Assembly (NCBI GenBank): GCA_001179505.1
Contig: CDMY01000238.1
Span: forward strand, 62,001 to 126,000
Length of the DNA stretch: 64,000 nt
Direction: 5' to 3'
DNA from: Vitrella brassicaformis CCMP3155
Lineage: Eukaryota; Protista; Chromerida
In this document: piece after piece, positions 12,475 to 23,500 of the stretch
How positions within the stretch are numbered: the stretch's first letter is position 1
How the letters are laid out: each line of letters begins with the position of its first letter
Made by a program: the position numbers and the translations under genes
The notes under the pieces: generated by a model
Told to the model about the DNA's origin: nothing
What the model saw: only the letters and a program-made list of their open reading frames with translations
Database searches by the model: none

Positions 12475-13502
12475 GGCCGACAAACAGCGGAAAATACTGT
12501 GCGGCATCTACGATGTCATCATGCGGCGCGGCCACCCCTTCCTGCTGCCCATGCGCGCTGATGGAGACCCCCGCGCACTTCTGTATCGTCATGCCGCTGT
12601 GCACAGGGCCGGATCTCACCACCTGGCAAGCATGAACCCATGACCATTTCAGAGGATGACTGCAGGTATCATTGATAGAATCGGCTGGTGAGCCATAGAC
12701 ATTGCCTAGCCTGCGGTGTTTCTGTGTCTTTCGATATTTCCAGACGAATAATCAAGACTACGCTGACAGCCGTCTCTCACCTGCATCGGAATGGCGTAAG
12801 TGCGTAAGCACAGAAAGACACGTCAGCCGTCTGTTTGGTCAATCAGGTAATACATCGTGATGTGAAGACAGACAACATCATCTTTTTTGACGAGGGAGCG
12901 CACGACATCGCCTTATTCGACTACGATGCCTGCATCTTTGCCCATGATAAGGAGATGAAGACAGCGGGCATCGGCACTCCAAACTTCATGGTACATGCTC
13001 ATCGATTGAGTGCCGATGATGGAGTCTTCTCTATCTGCATTTGCAGGCTCCCGAGGCGTATGACGGCGTTTACACGTCAGCGTGCGACCTCTTCTCTTGC
13101 GGATGTATTCTATTCTCGCTTTTACATGGGTATGAGGCATTTGATACCGCCGAAATGTCGCTGGAGGAGGCCAAGAAATCCATCCAAGAGGTACATGCAT
13201 GTCTTCGTGTCTCCATGCGTCTGTGCCTCCTGCAAAGCCAGAAAGACACACACTTCTCTTTGCACTCATTCAGGGAGCCACAATCTCCCCAGAGGTCCAT
13301 GAGAAGTCGCCAGCCGCCGTCGACCTATTGGAGAAACTTCTCAACGTTGACCCTGAGGAGCGACCGACTGGTGAGCCGTGCGGTATGTGATATTCATCCG
13401 ATGGTTCCACTGTGTGACTCCAGCCATGGAAGCGCTCGACCATCCCTGGCTTCAAGATTGTCTTGTGCTGGATACCGTTACCGAACGGGACTTCTTCCGG
13501 AG
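12475..13502 (+). pseudogene. CAMK-like Ser/Thr protein kinase, disrupted
   Basis: HPFLLPMR(fs)METPAHFCIVMPLCTGPDL with a frameshift near 12557 and TGA at 12633-12635. Then VIHRDVKTDNIIF, LFDYDAC (DFG position), GTPNFM|APE, CDLFSCGCILFSLL, DLLEKLLNVDPEERPT|AMEALDHPWL. Confidence 0.78.
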
Positions 13503-13934
13503 TATGTGCTTTGTGCAAAGCAATACAATTATCGTAGGGAGGTTGTTGTTTGTGGCTTTGTTGTGAACAGGGGAATGCGATCGCCTTGTTTCGGACAGGA
13601 TCAAGTACAGCTTTGCTCTGTGTCACCACCTCGAGGAGGCCAACGTAGGCGTTTGTGTTCCTGCTACGCACATGGATTTGCATTTTGTAATGGCTGATGA
13701 TCAGGCGAAATGTCATCAGCTGGAAGACGAAGTAAGCCCACAGGTAAGACGAAGTGAGACAGGTACACACGACGTATGTCTCTTGCGTCTCCACTCGCCA
13801 GGTCATCGACGTTTCCAACCACCAAAAGTCGCGCTCGAGCGTAAGTGCAGTAGCGGGCAACCACGAGTGGCACATAGGTCGTGGCCTTGTCTGTATACGT
13901 TTTCAGGACGAGTCAAGTAGTTTGAAAACGTCGC

Positions 13935-14260
13935 ATACAATCTCACCAAGCTGGTCGTCTGTCAGGATTTTGATCTGGATGCCGACGCGGAGTGGACACC
14001 TGGCGTATACACATTCCACCACGCCGAGCAGGAAGCTCTTCTTGCGGCGTATCAAGAGGCCAAGTGCATATTGATCGCCTCAACACATCCCAACGTTGTC
14101 AAGCTGGTCGGCGCCCGTATCGACTTGCTCGGCCGGCAGATTTTGATGGAATACGTAGAGGGGCAGAACTTGAGAGATCACGTCAATGGCAAAGGGGCTT
14201 TAGGGATGAAGCAGCTGACCTGTGAGAGGCTTGTGGATATCACCGAGCAGCTGACCCAAC
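13935..14260 (+). pseudogene. Truncated protein kinase fragment (subdomains III-VIa), no catalytic loop
   Basis: QEAKCILIASTHPNVVKLVGARIDLLGRQILMEYVEGQNLRDHV...RLVDITEQLTQ then runs into the repeat. No HRD or DFG follows. Confidence 0.65.
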
Positions 14261-14617
14261 GGCTCTTTTCCTCAGTCTGTTTGTCTGACCGTCTGTCTCA
14301 CTGTCTGTCTTCTACTCCAGGTTGCGCGGGCAAACAGCACAACGCTCGCCTTCCTTCTGCCCGCCGTCGAGCGAGACCTTGGCCTTCAATTCGGATCGCT
14401 GAGGTCCAAGAGCGCCCATTTTCAAATCGGCATCAACAAAACCGCCCGCAAGGTGCTGTTCTCAGTCATTGTTTGCTTGTGGGGAATCACATGACTAAGG
14501 CACGATGGCTCCGCATGTCTCAAAAATGGTGCATCACGTTTCCTGTTTGCACTGCAGATTGCGAGAGCAAACAACACAACTCTCGCCGTCCACCTTCCCG
14601 CCGTCGAGAGAGACCTC
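14233..14617 (+). repeat. Copy 2 of the ~385-bp dispersed direct repeat
   Basis: Visual alignment with 11886-12268 shows few substitutions and small indels. Confidence 0.9.
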
Positions 14618-16153
14618 GGGCACATTTCTATATCGGCATTGGCCAAACGCCCACAAGGTACTCCACGTAAGAAAGCCAGCCAGCCAGACAGAATGGAAAA
14701 AAAGAGGGCACGCAGGCGAAAAGGCAACTATGGATCGATTGCTGCAGGCGAAGAGGTTTGGGATGCATACCGATCATGCATGTGAGCATGTCTGTTGTCA
14801 GGAGCTGGAGACACATGGGCGCGATGGCGATGCATCTGGGACCCGTCCTCGGAAGTGCAAAGCCCTCAAGTGCCAATGTGGCTGAGATGAAGAGGGCGAC
14901 CGCTACATTGCTGCTTATATTTTATATTGGCGGAGACAAATATACACACGCCACCAGCCCTGGAAATATGCGATGCAGATGACGATCAGGTACATACAGA
15001 AAATTCCACAGAGAGATGGTGTCAGATCGGTGGCTGCATTTCACAGAATCACCGACTTGACAGCTCGCGCCTGAGCAGGGTCGAGGACCGCATGGGCGAG
15101 CATTTCGAGATGCTGGCTGATTACCCGATCCCAAGCACAGGATATCACGCGATACATCTCAGGACTTCGAGAGAAAGGCGACTACGGTGCTGGAGCGGCG
15201 ATTACAAGGAGAAGCGCTCAGGAACATTCGCGTGGGCGACTTGTTGGACATGATCAAAAGTCGACTGCCGGGCAGCTCAGCCTCAAGTATGATAGCAGGA
15301 GAGCTCATGATGTCTCAGTGCTCATGTCTCTGTTTGCTCCTGTCTGTGTGGATCACTCCACTTCATTTACACACACGACACGTGCTTGTGGGTGCTGTGT
15401 ACAGATCGTCCACGCGTCAAGTCAGTGTTCGCCAACATCAACGTCTAGAGCTGACGTTGACGTCTCTGACTCACTGCTGTGGCGTGAGGGACATTGCTGT
15501 CTACATTCTATATCTCGAGAGAGCTGCTTATGTGCATTACAGAGCCTTGATTTCATGTCTCCTTCCTGGCGCTTGACGTCAAGCGTCAGTGTTGGTTCGT
15601 GTGAGTGGATGGAAAGACATATACAGAACTGAAACCAGCTTGAAGGCGCATATGTAATGTCAACTGATTGTCACCAGCCATCTGCAAGTGCAAAGCACTC
15701 ACCGCAAGAGGCAGAAATCATAGGCAGAAGTCACGCACGTGATGCTTGGCGTGGTTCCTGTACATCACACGTGCACAAACGTAGAGACGCCCAAAAAATG
15801 AGTGTGCTGGTCTATCTGCGTCCCTTACCCTCAGTATGGCATTGTCCTGGATCAACCTCCGACTTGCTTGAGGCTCCAAGGCAACATTCGGCAGCAGGCC
15901 TTTGTGTTTGTGAACTCAATGGATATGTAAGTGACTTCCATCACTTTGTGTCGACAAGTGGGGGGGAATACATTGACTCACAGTGCAGAGTCTGTCGGTC
16001 TCATGAAATGAACTGCGTCAATCGACCAACCCTCAATCATACGACAAACACGCCAGCACCATCCTCAGCGCCCGCCTGGCGTATCTTCCAGCGGCGCCGC
16101 CCACTACGCAACAGACAAGCAATGCCCTAAGCGAATCGACAACTTCGAGTCAC

Positions 16154-16790
16154 TCACATGTTTTGTACAGAGATCACTCTGACCTGCTCTGACCGATACA
16201 CGACTACCTCCACACCCGACATAAACCCATGCACTATCACCCCGTCATACCCCTCAGCCGCCAGCGACTCGTAAGTCACGTTGGGGGAGTTTGCCCGATA
16301 GACGTGCTTGGGCCTGCTCATAAAGATCTCCGCCGTCACCATGCAGCCGTGGTTGTGGGCCTTGCGCTGAGTCTCGTTTGGCCGGATGGCGAAGTAGATG
16401 CCGCGCCCAGCGGCCCCCGACGAGCTGGGCCGCATCACGCGCGACTGGCTGATCTGCTGGCCGTGCGCTGAAGAGGTCTGATGATAGCCGACACAGCGGC
16501 CAGAGGTGCAGAGTGCTTGCAGGACGGGACAGTTCATGGCGCAGTGGTCGCTGTCCTTGGTATGGCAAACTCGGCAGTAATGCTTAGCGTGGTTCTGACA
16601 CAACGCACAAAGCACATGAGGGCGGTGTGGTGCCGTTGTGGTCATCTGTCTGCACACATGCGTACCTTGGTGCAACCGGCAGCCTATCAGAGACGCACAC
16701 ACACACACACACACACACGTGTGGCCCGATGGTAGAGTGTGTGTTGTGCGCTGATCTATCCGTCAGATCCCTCACCTTGCAACGTGGCAT
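16154..16790 (-). CDS. Compact Zn-finger + H-Y-E ADP-ribosyltransferase (PARP/Gig2-like ART), 157 aa
   Basis: Three phase-0 exons (16776-16790, 16666-16683, 16154-16594) give MPRCK|AAGCTK|NHAKHYCRVCHTKDSDHCAMNCP...GYHQTSS...AAGRGIYFA...EGYDGV...GVEVVVY. Confidence 0.82.
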
Positions 16791-16913
16791 TACACACTAC
16801 ACTCCTGTCATCCTACACAGCTAGGAATGCCGTCCTGTGGACTCGCGACCACATAGGCTCAAAGGTAGGGATATCGGATGGCTTCGGGATCCGCTAAACT
16901 CAGCCGCATATTC

Positions 16914-18245
16914 TCACTCAGCCATATCGAGCCTGACGAATCGGGAATGGCCGCCGAGGTCCCGCCACCACTGCATCGACACCACACGGCCGCCGAAGTC
17001 GCCCGAGCCGTCCCTCTTGGCGACCGCCCCTTGCAGCACCTCTGGATGGGACGAGTCAGTCTCCAACCACACCTGCAGCAAAAAGGTAAACAGAGAGTGA
17101 CAGCAGGCAGGTGCTGGGCTGCAGAGGGCCTTATCACCTGCCGCATGCCGCCCTGGCCGTGTGGCTTGAGAAAGGCGGCCATTCTGCTTGCCAGTGATCG
17201 GATGAAAAACATGCCATCGGCGCCGCCGTCAAGGGCGCCGCTGTCCTCATAATCCCTGACCACATAAACAGTGACGCACAGCCATCCACAGTATCTGTTT
17301 GATGGCCTTTTGCTGTGTGGGCTGACCTGACTTCTGGCTGGAGTGTCGGGATCTCAGCCGTCGGGATATAGGGAGGATTGCTGCACACACCCCCAATCAA
17401 ATGCGCTATGGATCGCCAACAATGCCCTTTTTCTCCTCACCTGACGATCAGATCATAGCGCTCGTCGTCTGGCGGCTCGAATGTCAGCATGTCGGCCTGC
17501 AGGCACTTGTAGCGATCGGCCAGGGACAAAGTGGCCGCATTCGCCGAAGCAAGCCGAACTGCATGTGGGCTCAGATCAATCGCTGTGCACCTGAAACGAT
17601 GCACGAATGACACACAGGGGAACAATTAGACGGCCATCACCTCTCTCTCTCTCTCTCTCTCGTTCACACACCTCGCTGTCGGCAATTGTTTGAGCAGCGC
17701 CAGGCCAATGGCGCCCGTGCCGGCCCCTACATCCAGCAAGTGAAGGGCCCTCTCGCCCCTCACCGACCGCCGCACCTCTTCCAGAATTAGCTCAACCAAC
17801 TCCTCCGTCTCGGGCCTGCACACACAGAAAGATCAGCGTCCATCATAGCCTCTCTCTGCCTGTGTGTGCTTCATGTGTACCGTGGGATGAGCACCGGCGG
17901 TTCACACTTGACGGAGATATGGTGGAAGTCCCACCGCCCCACCACATACTGCACAGGCATCCGCCGCAGCCGCTTGGCGCATAGCGAATCGAACAGCCGC
18001 CGCTGCTCCTCAGTTAGGGCCGTCCGCACCAACCTCTTGGGCAGATTGAGTGTGTCGGATGACAGCACGTGGGCCATCAGACACCTGGCCGACACGTCGG
18101 GCTCCGATATGCCGGCAGAAGCGAACCTCTCTGATGCTGCCGTCATGAGTGCATCAACTGAAACACCATTCTTGTGGTCAAAGGCGGACAGCGGTGGGTG
18201 TTGTGAGCGATGGCGTCGTCCTGCGAGGATGAAGCGCCTCTGCAT
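16914..18245 (-). CDS. HEMK1: Release-factor glutamine methyltransferase HemK/PrmC (likely organellar)
   Basis: KRLRRMPVQYVVGRWDF...VLIP|RPETEELVE, LDVGAGTGAIGLAL, AIDLSPHA, YDLI|VCSNPPYIP, EDSGALDGGADG, WRDLGGHSRFV. Confidence 0.93.
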
Positions 18246-18705
18246 CTTCCGGCTGGCGGCACCGATTTCATGATAGATGAAGAGAGCACCGATGATGGAT
18301 GGGCACTGCCAGGGAAAATGCGCGAGGCTGAAGTGGAGTGTCATCAAGGCTGCCGAGGGGTAGATCCTTGGCCTTCGTGCGACGAGATCTTCCCTGCGAG
18401 CTTGGCATGCGGGAGAGGATGCCTGAAGATCTTTGAACGCGTAGTGTTACTGCTCCTGTGTCCTGCCTTCCCTTCTCGAATCCCGATCTGAGTCTGACGG
18501 CCTTCTCGTTCCGTTTTCTGCAATCTCGTTCCGTTCTTTTATGCGTGATGATGACGTGCTGTGATGTGATGAATTGATGCACGAGGAGGGCGGCCCACAC
18601 GCAAACAAACACACTGTTGTACACCTCTCTCATGGCCTTCGTTTTTTTCTTGTGATCTTCAGGCTCAAATGGTCCGCTCTGAGGGAGTTGTGGTCCTCGC
18701 CGGCG

Positions 18706-19741
18706 CCTCGATGGAGGCAATGGATGCTGGGCCGCTTTGGTGCCATGAGTGTGGGTTCTTCTCTCTGTGCAAGTGCCTCGATGTAGGTGGCAGAGATGAC
18801 ACTCCGTCTGGCCGGCTGCTCGACGGAGGCGCCGCATCACTCGAATGAAATCGCTAAGCCAGACGAACACACGGGTTTCGTCGTTGTACTTACTGTCATT
18901 TCCTCAGGTACGAGGCCGAATTGGGCAAACAGATGTGAGCAAACAACACAAGCAACGAACACAAACGAACGAAGACGCGAAAACGCTATCGAACGATATA
19001 CGCTTACGAACGATACGAACGAACGAACGAACGAATGGCGTCCTTCTGAGCACAAGTGAGAAAGAAGAAAATCACCCCATGTGACGTTTTGATTGATCCA
19101 TCGAGTGTCATGTTGCAGGGCCTCGTTGGAGGTGGTGGTCGGGGGGAGCCTGAGCGACGGTCGTCTCGATTGACGGTATCTCTCTCAGTACAAGTAAGAA
19201 ACAAAAATCCTCACGTAAGCGAGCGTCTTTATCTTATCTCTGTGTTGTTCTTTTCTGTATTTTTCAGTCGCCTCGAAGGAGGTGGTGCTGGGAGTGCTAC
19301 GACAAAGCACACAAAGACGAAAGGGACGAAGTCTCTCTAAGCAAGTAAGCGACAACCAAATGGCTGGCGAGCCTACACACACGTGTGATCCCAATGTCAT
19401 TTCAGTCCCTCGATGGAGGGCGCTTTCGGGGACGCAATACGCGATCGTCAGAGGCATGAGAACGAACGATACTCGAACGATGAGTAGCCTCTGAGCACAA
19501 GTAAGGGAGAGCACGTTCTTCCGCTCTCCAGGAAGGCCCATCCATCGCGTGTGATGGATTGTAGGGCCTCGAAGGAGGCAGTGCTGAAGGGGCGCAGGGC
19601 TCGATTGAGAACGATGCGAATCGGTTTTGTTCTGCCAAGCCAGGTAAGAGGACAGGAATGCCTGACGTTCAACTCAACGAGTCGGACCGATCTCTTGTGG
19701 GTGTTTCAGGGCCTCGATGGAGGTCGCTTGGCAGGACTGTG
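18706..19741 (+). repeat. Degenerate ~145-nt-period array, each unit with a CCTC-GNNG-GAGG hairpin just after a YAG and ending near GTAAG/GTGAG
   Basis: Hairpin cores start at 19121, 19271, 19408, 19567 and 19712, with weaker copies at 18706, 18776 and 18819. Donor-like sites at 19056, 19194, 19345, 19501, 19644 and 19742. Confidence 0.55.
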
Positions 19742-20503
19742 GTGAGAAGAGCCTGCCTCTTCGCTTGTCGGTCGATTTGATTGGGTCCACCACGTCACTT
19801 TCCTCCGCCGTTCTCGATTGAGAATTGGAGGAGAGGGGCGCTGGTTGGAAGGCCTGCCTTCCTGCAAGGTGAGCTACACAGGGAGGGGTTTCATGCTGGT
19901 GTGTGATGGGTGTGGGCCGCCCTCCTCGGCAAATCACAATGTCCTTGTCTGTCGTGACGGTATGGGCTTTACATGAGACCGTTGCATTATGCTGCCCACT
20001 TGTCGTCTTCGTCGACAATGTGAAGGATGTGCGTGGGGCATTGCTGTATTGTGTGCATGACCTCCTTTCTCCTTCTTACCTTTCCTTACTGTTACGCACA
20101 CATACTCTGATTGGTGCACGTGCACGGTAGACCATCGTGTTGGCAATTTTGCTGGCTTTGCTGTTTTGTGGCTCATGCATGAACAGGCTGTGCATGTGTG
20201 CTTGACGCAATGCTGCGCGTGTTCGGAAACATGATTTCAATCGATAATCATGCCGCAAAATCTGCGAGCTTGGCGTGCAGAAGAAGGCCAGCAGTTGTCG
20301 ATTGTATTAGGCGGGACAGAGCCGCTGCTGCACAATGTCGTTTCTCGCCCGTTCATTTCTGGAAGATCCTCCCCTGGAAGTGCGAGGCCATGCCTTCTCC
20401 GCGTCGCCCACTGACCAGCACACCACAAGAACTAGGCCAAGTGCCGGTCCAGGCCTCACAAATGACCAATTTAACGTACACACAACAAAGATCAGATGAG
20501 CAG

Positions 20504-23500
20504 ATGAGCGCTCGCGTGAGTGTCCGCTTGTCACAGGTCGGAACCATCACGCCTTTTCTTTACGACGAGAGGCAGAGGGGCAGCGCCAACAAGAGCCACA
20601 CCACGGTCGCTGCTGACATAGAGGGCCTTTTCGATGTCAAGACGACAATGGTGCCTGTCTGGTAGGAAAGGAGGGGCACGGTCAAAGCCATCCACACTCA
20701 TTGGTATCACTCTGTGCAGCCGTCGTGTGCTGCGGCGGCCCGAAGATGCGCCGTTTTTCGGCCCGATTCCTCCCCCAGACATGGGCGATGACACGCCGGA
20801 GGGAAGCGCGCGCATCATTGCCTTCCTCTACAAGATGTTCCACCCGTTTGATGAAAGGTATGAGAAGGGAGAATCTAAATGGCGAGCGGTGGTCGATTGT
20901 CTGGTCCTTGTCGCGTGTTGCAGGCCTCATCCGTCGGCCATACTCGGGCCCTATCTGGTCAGGGTGGGCGCGGTGCAGTGGAAACACAGGCCCAGGTGCG
21001 CAGCCAGCCAGCGACAATGGCGTCACTGATCAGCCTATGGTGGTGTTTGGACAGGTGGAAGGAGGAGGATTTGGCGCATCCTATCGGCCGCCTTGTGCGG
21101 TCCCATCTTGTGGAGCGCGGCATCCATCCCCCGCTCCACCTCTACGTGCCGCCCGACAGCGCCCACAACGCCAATATCGCCCTCTCCCCCTATCGCATTC
21201 TCACACCCAAGGACGCCAAGCCCGAGCAAATCAACTGTGCCAGAAGCGGCCATCTTCTCATCAAGATGAACAACACGGACGCCCTTGTTCTCGGCGGGTT
21301 CACCCCTGACGCTCTTGACATGACCCCGGTGTCGGACGAGGCGCCTCCTGCCCCTCCAGCTGTCCCAACTGCGTCGTGCAATGCGCCGACGAGGAGCCAG
21401 GCGGCCACGGGGAGGCGGAAGGAGCAAGTGCTGGATCCAGCTGTGCTGCTGCGGGTGGGGCAGTTCGTCAACCGCAGCGGCTTCAATCCCAGGAACGAGC
21501 CCATCGTCTTTCTGCGGCCCCTGGACGTCCACACGTCGTCCCACTCAGCCCCCGAGCCATCACTTCGCCGGTCGTTTGCGACGGGCACCTACTTCAACGG
21601 CTCGGTTTTCGCCTATGGCGGCAAGGACGCATCCGACCAGCTGACCAACTCATTGCTGGTGTACAAGCCCATCGGCATGCCGCACTGGTCCGTCCAGCCG
21701 GGCCCAAATGGGCAGCTGGACCGGCCGACCGACGTGCATGAAGAGACGCACGGGAGTGACGAGCTGCTGTACCAGAGTGGCCTGAAGGATGGAGTGGCCG
21801 GTGAGTGGGCTGTGTTTGACGTGAGTGAGAGCGGCAGGGTGGGCGGGTCTGGACCTGGGGCGAGATGTGAGGCTCTTGGCTGTCGCATTGGGCCCCTGTG
21901 GATCATCTACTCTGGTTAGTTGAAGGAAACGGGGACACATGGGCACTCACAAGTATTGGCTTGTTCTTGTTTGGTCGGGCTTCCGCGTCGTCAGGTCGCA
22001 AGAAGGGCGATAAGGTCGCTAACGACATGTTTTGCATCAACCTACTCACTCTGCAGTGGTAGAGATCACGCCGCAGAAAGGTCGCCACGGTTACACATTC
22101 CATGATCCTTCCAGGTCATCCGTGGGCATTGAGGGCCTCATTCCCAGCCCGCCCAAACTCCACCACGTCGGCGCTTACCGAATTGGCCCATATGTCGTCT
22201 TCGGCGGTCAGAGCGACATAGACAGCCCTCCCAAGTACAACTCCAAGGACCCCCATCCCTGGTCGTGTGGGCCGGCATTCGAGCTGGCGATGAGGGGTCA
22301 CGAGTGTGTGGCGCGCAACGTGTGGAGCTACAAGGCTGTGAGCAGAGTCAGCGGGCAGGATCTGTTTCCCGCCGATGATCGGTGGGTCGCGCAGCAGTGC
22401 GTGCAGGGCATGACACATGTCGTCGGTAGGGGAGCGAGCCACCGCAAGCAAGACACAGATGCACCTGCGGCAACCAGGTCACTGCCTCATCCTTCCCTCC
22501 TTCAGATGAGTGCTTCCTGACGCTCGAGTACAGACCGTTCTCCATCCTCCACCCCAACCCGCCTGAGTGGTCTTCGCATTCGCAGCTGTACCGGGAGGAC
22601 ACCGTGCCGACAGTGCCTGTGGCGTCACCCCTGGACATGGACTGGGATGCAGATGGGTCAACGAGGCGAGTCGGGGTCAGGCCATGTGTGCCGCTGCTGT
22701 CATACTCGCAGGGTGAGTGAAGGATGGGGGGCGCAGACGCACTTCTGCAGTATATAGTGGTGCCTTTCCTGTTTGCGGTCTGTAGGCAGCCCCCACTTGA
22801 CAGGCGCCTTGGTGACATTCCATCGGGGCACTGACCCAAAAGTGAGTGAGAGAGTCAGCGAGCGCCACAAAACGGCTCACTGCACCTTTGCGGCATCATC
22901 ATTCTCCTGTCTGCAGGATTTCCGAGGCGTTCTCAGTTCGCATGAGCTGCCGTGTGAGAGCCTGTGGACGTCACAGCTTTTCGAGCCGCCAGTGCCGTTC
23001 AACTACCCCCCTGCCTTCTTCCTGCTCGAAATGCAAAGGTGAATAAATACGATGCTGGAGAAACGCCCTGATTGACGCACCCACACAAGTGGTCTGTCCG
23101 CCTGTGTCATGCAGGTTGTTTGATCGAGGCTACTGCGCCGACTATGTGCTTCACGTCGACAAGGGTGACGACGGCGTCCACCTCCACCGGTTTCTCCTCC
23201 CCTCTTCGCTCGCCACCCAGCTCGACTCAGTCTGCCAGCCGTCATCCAACTCGCCGCAGCCCGTCCTGCTCTCATCCCTGCTTCAGGGCACCCCCATCCC
23301 TCCCGCCCCACCGTCTGTCGACCGGCTCGCGTGCCTCCGGTCTGTGTGCCAGTACCTTTACACCGGCCACTTTGGTCGGATGGAGTGGTGGGCGAAGCTG
23401 CCCCGGCTGCTGTCCACCGGCCCTGCTGATGGGGAGGGCAGGAGCGACACGCAATTCGGGATGCTCTTTGACATGCGGGGCGATCCTGGGGAGGGCATGA

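Noticed and set aside
18706-19741. CRISPR-like array
   Set aside because: The context is eukaryotic, the repeats are only ~14 nt and degenerate, and there are no cas genes.
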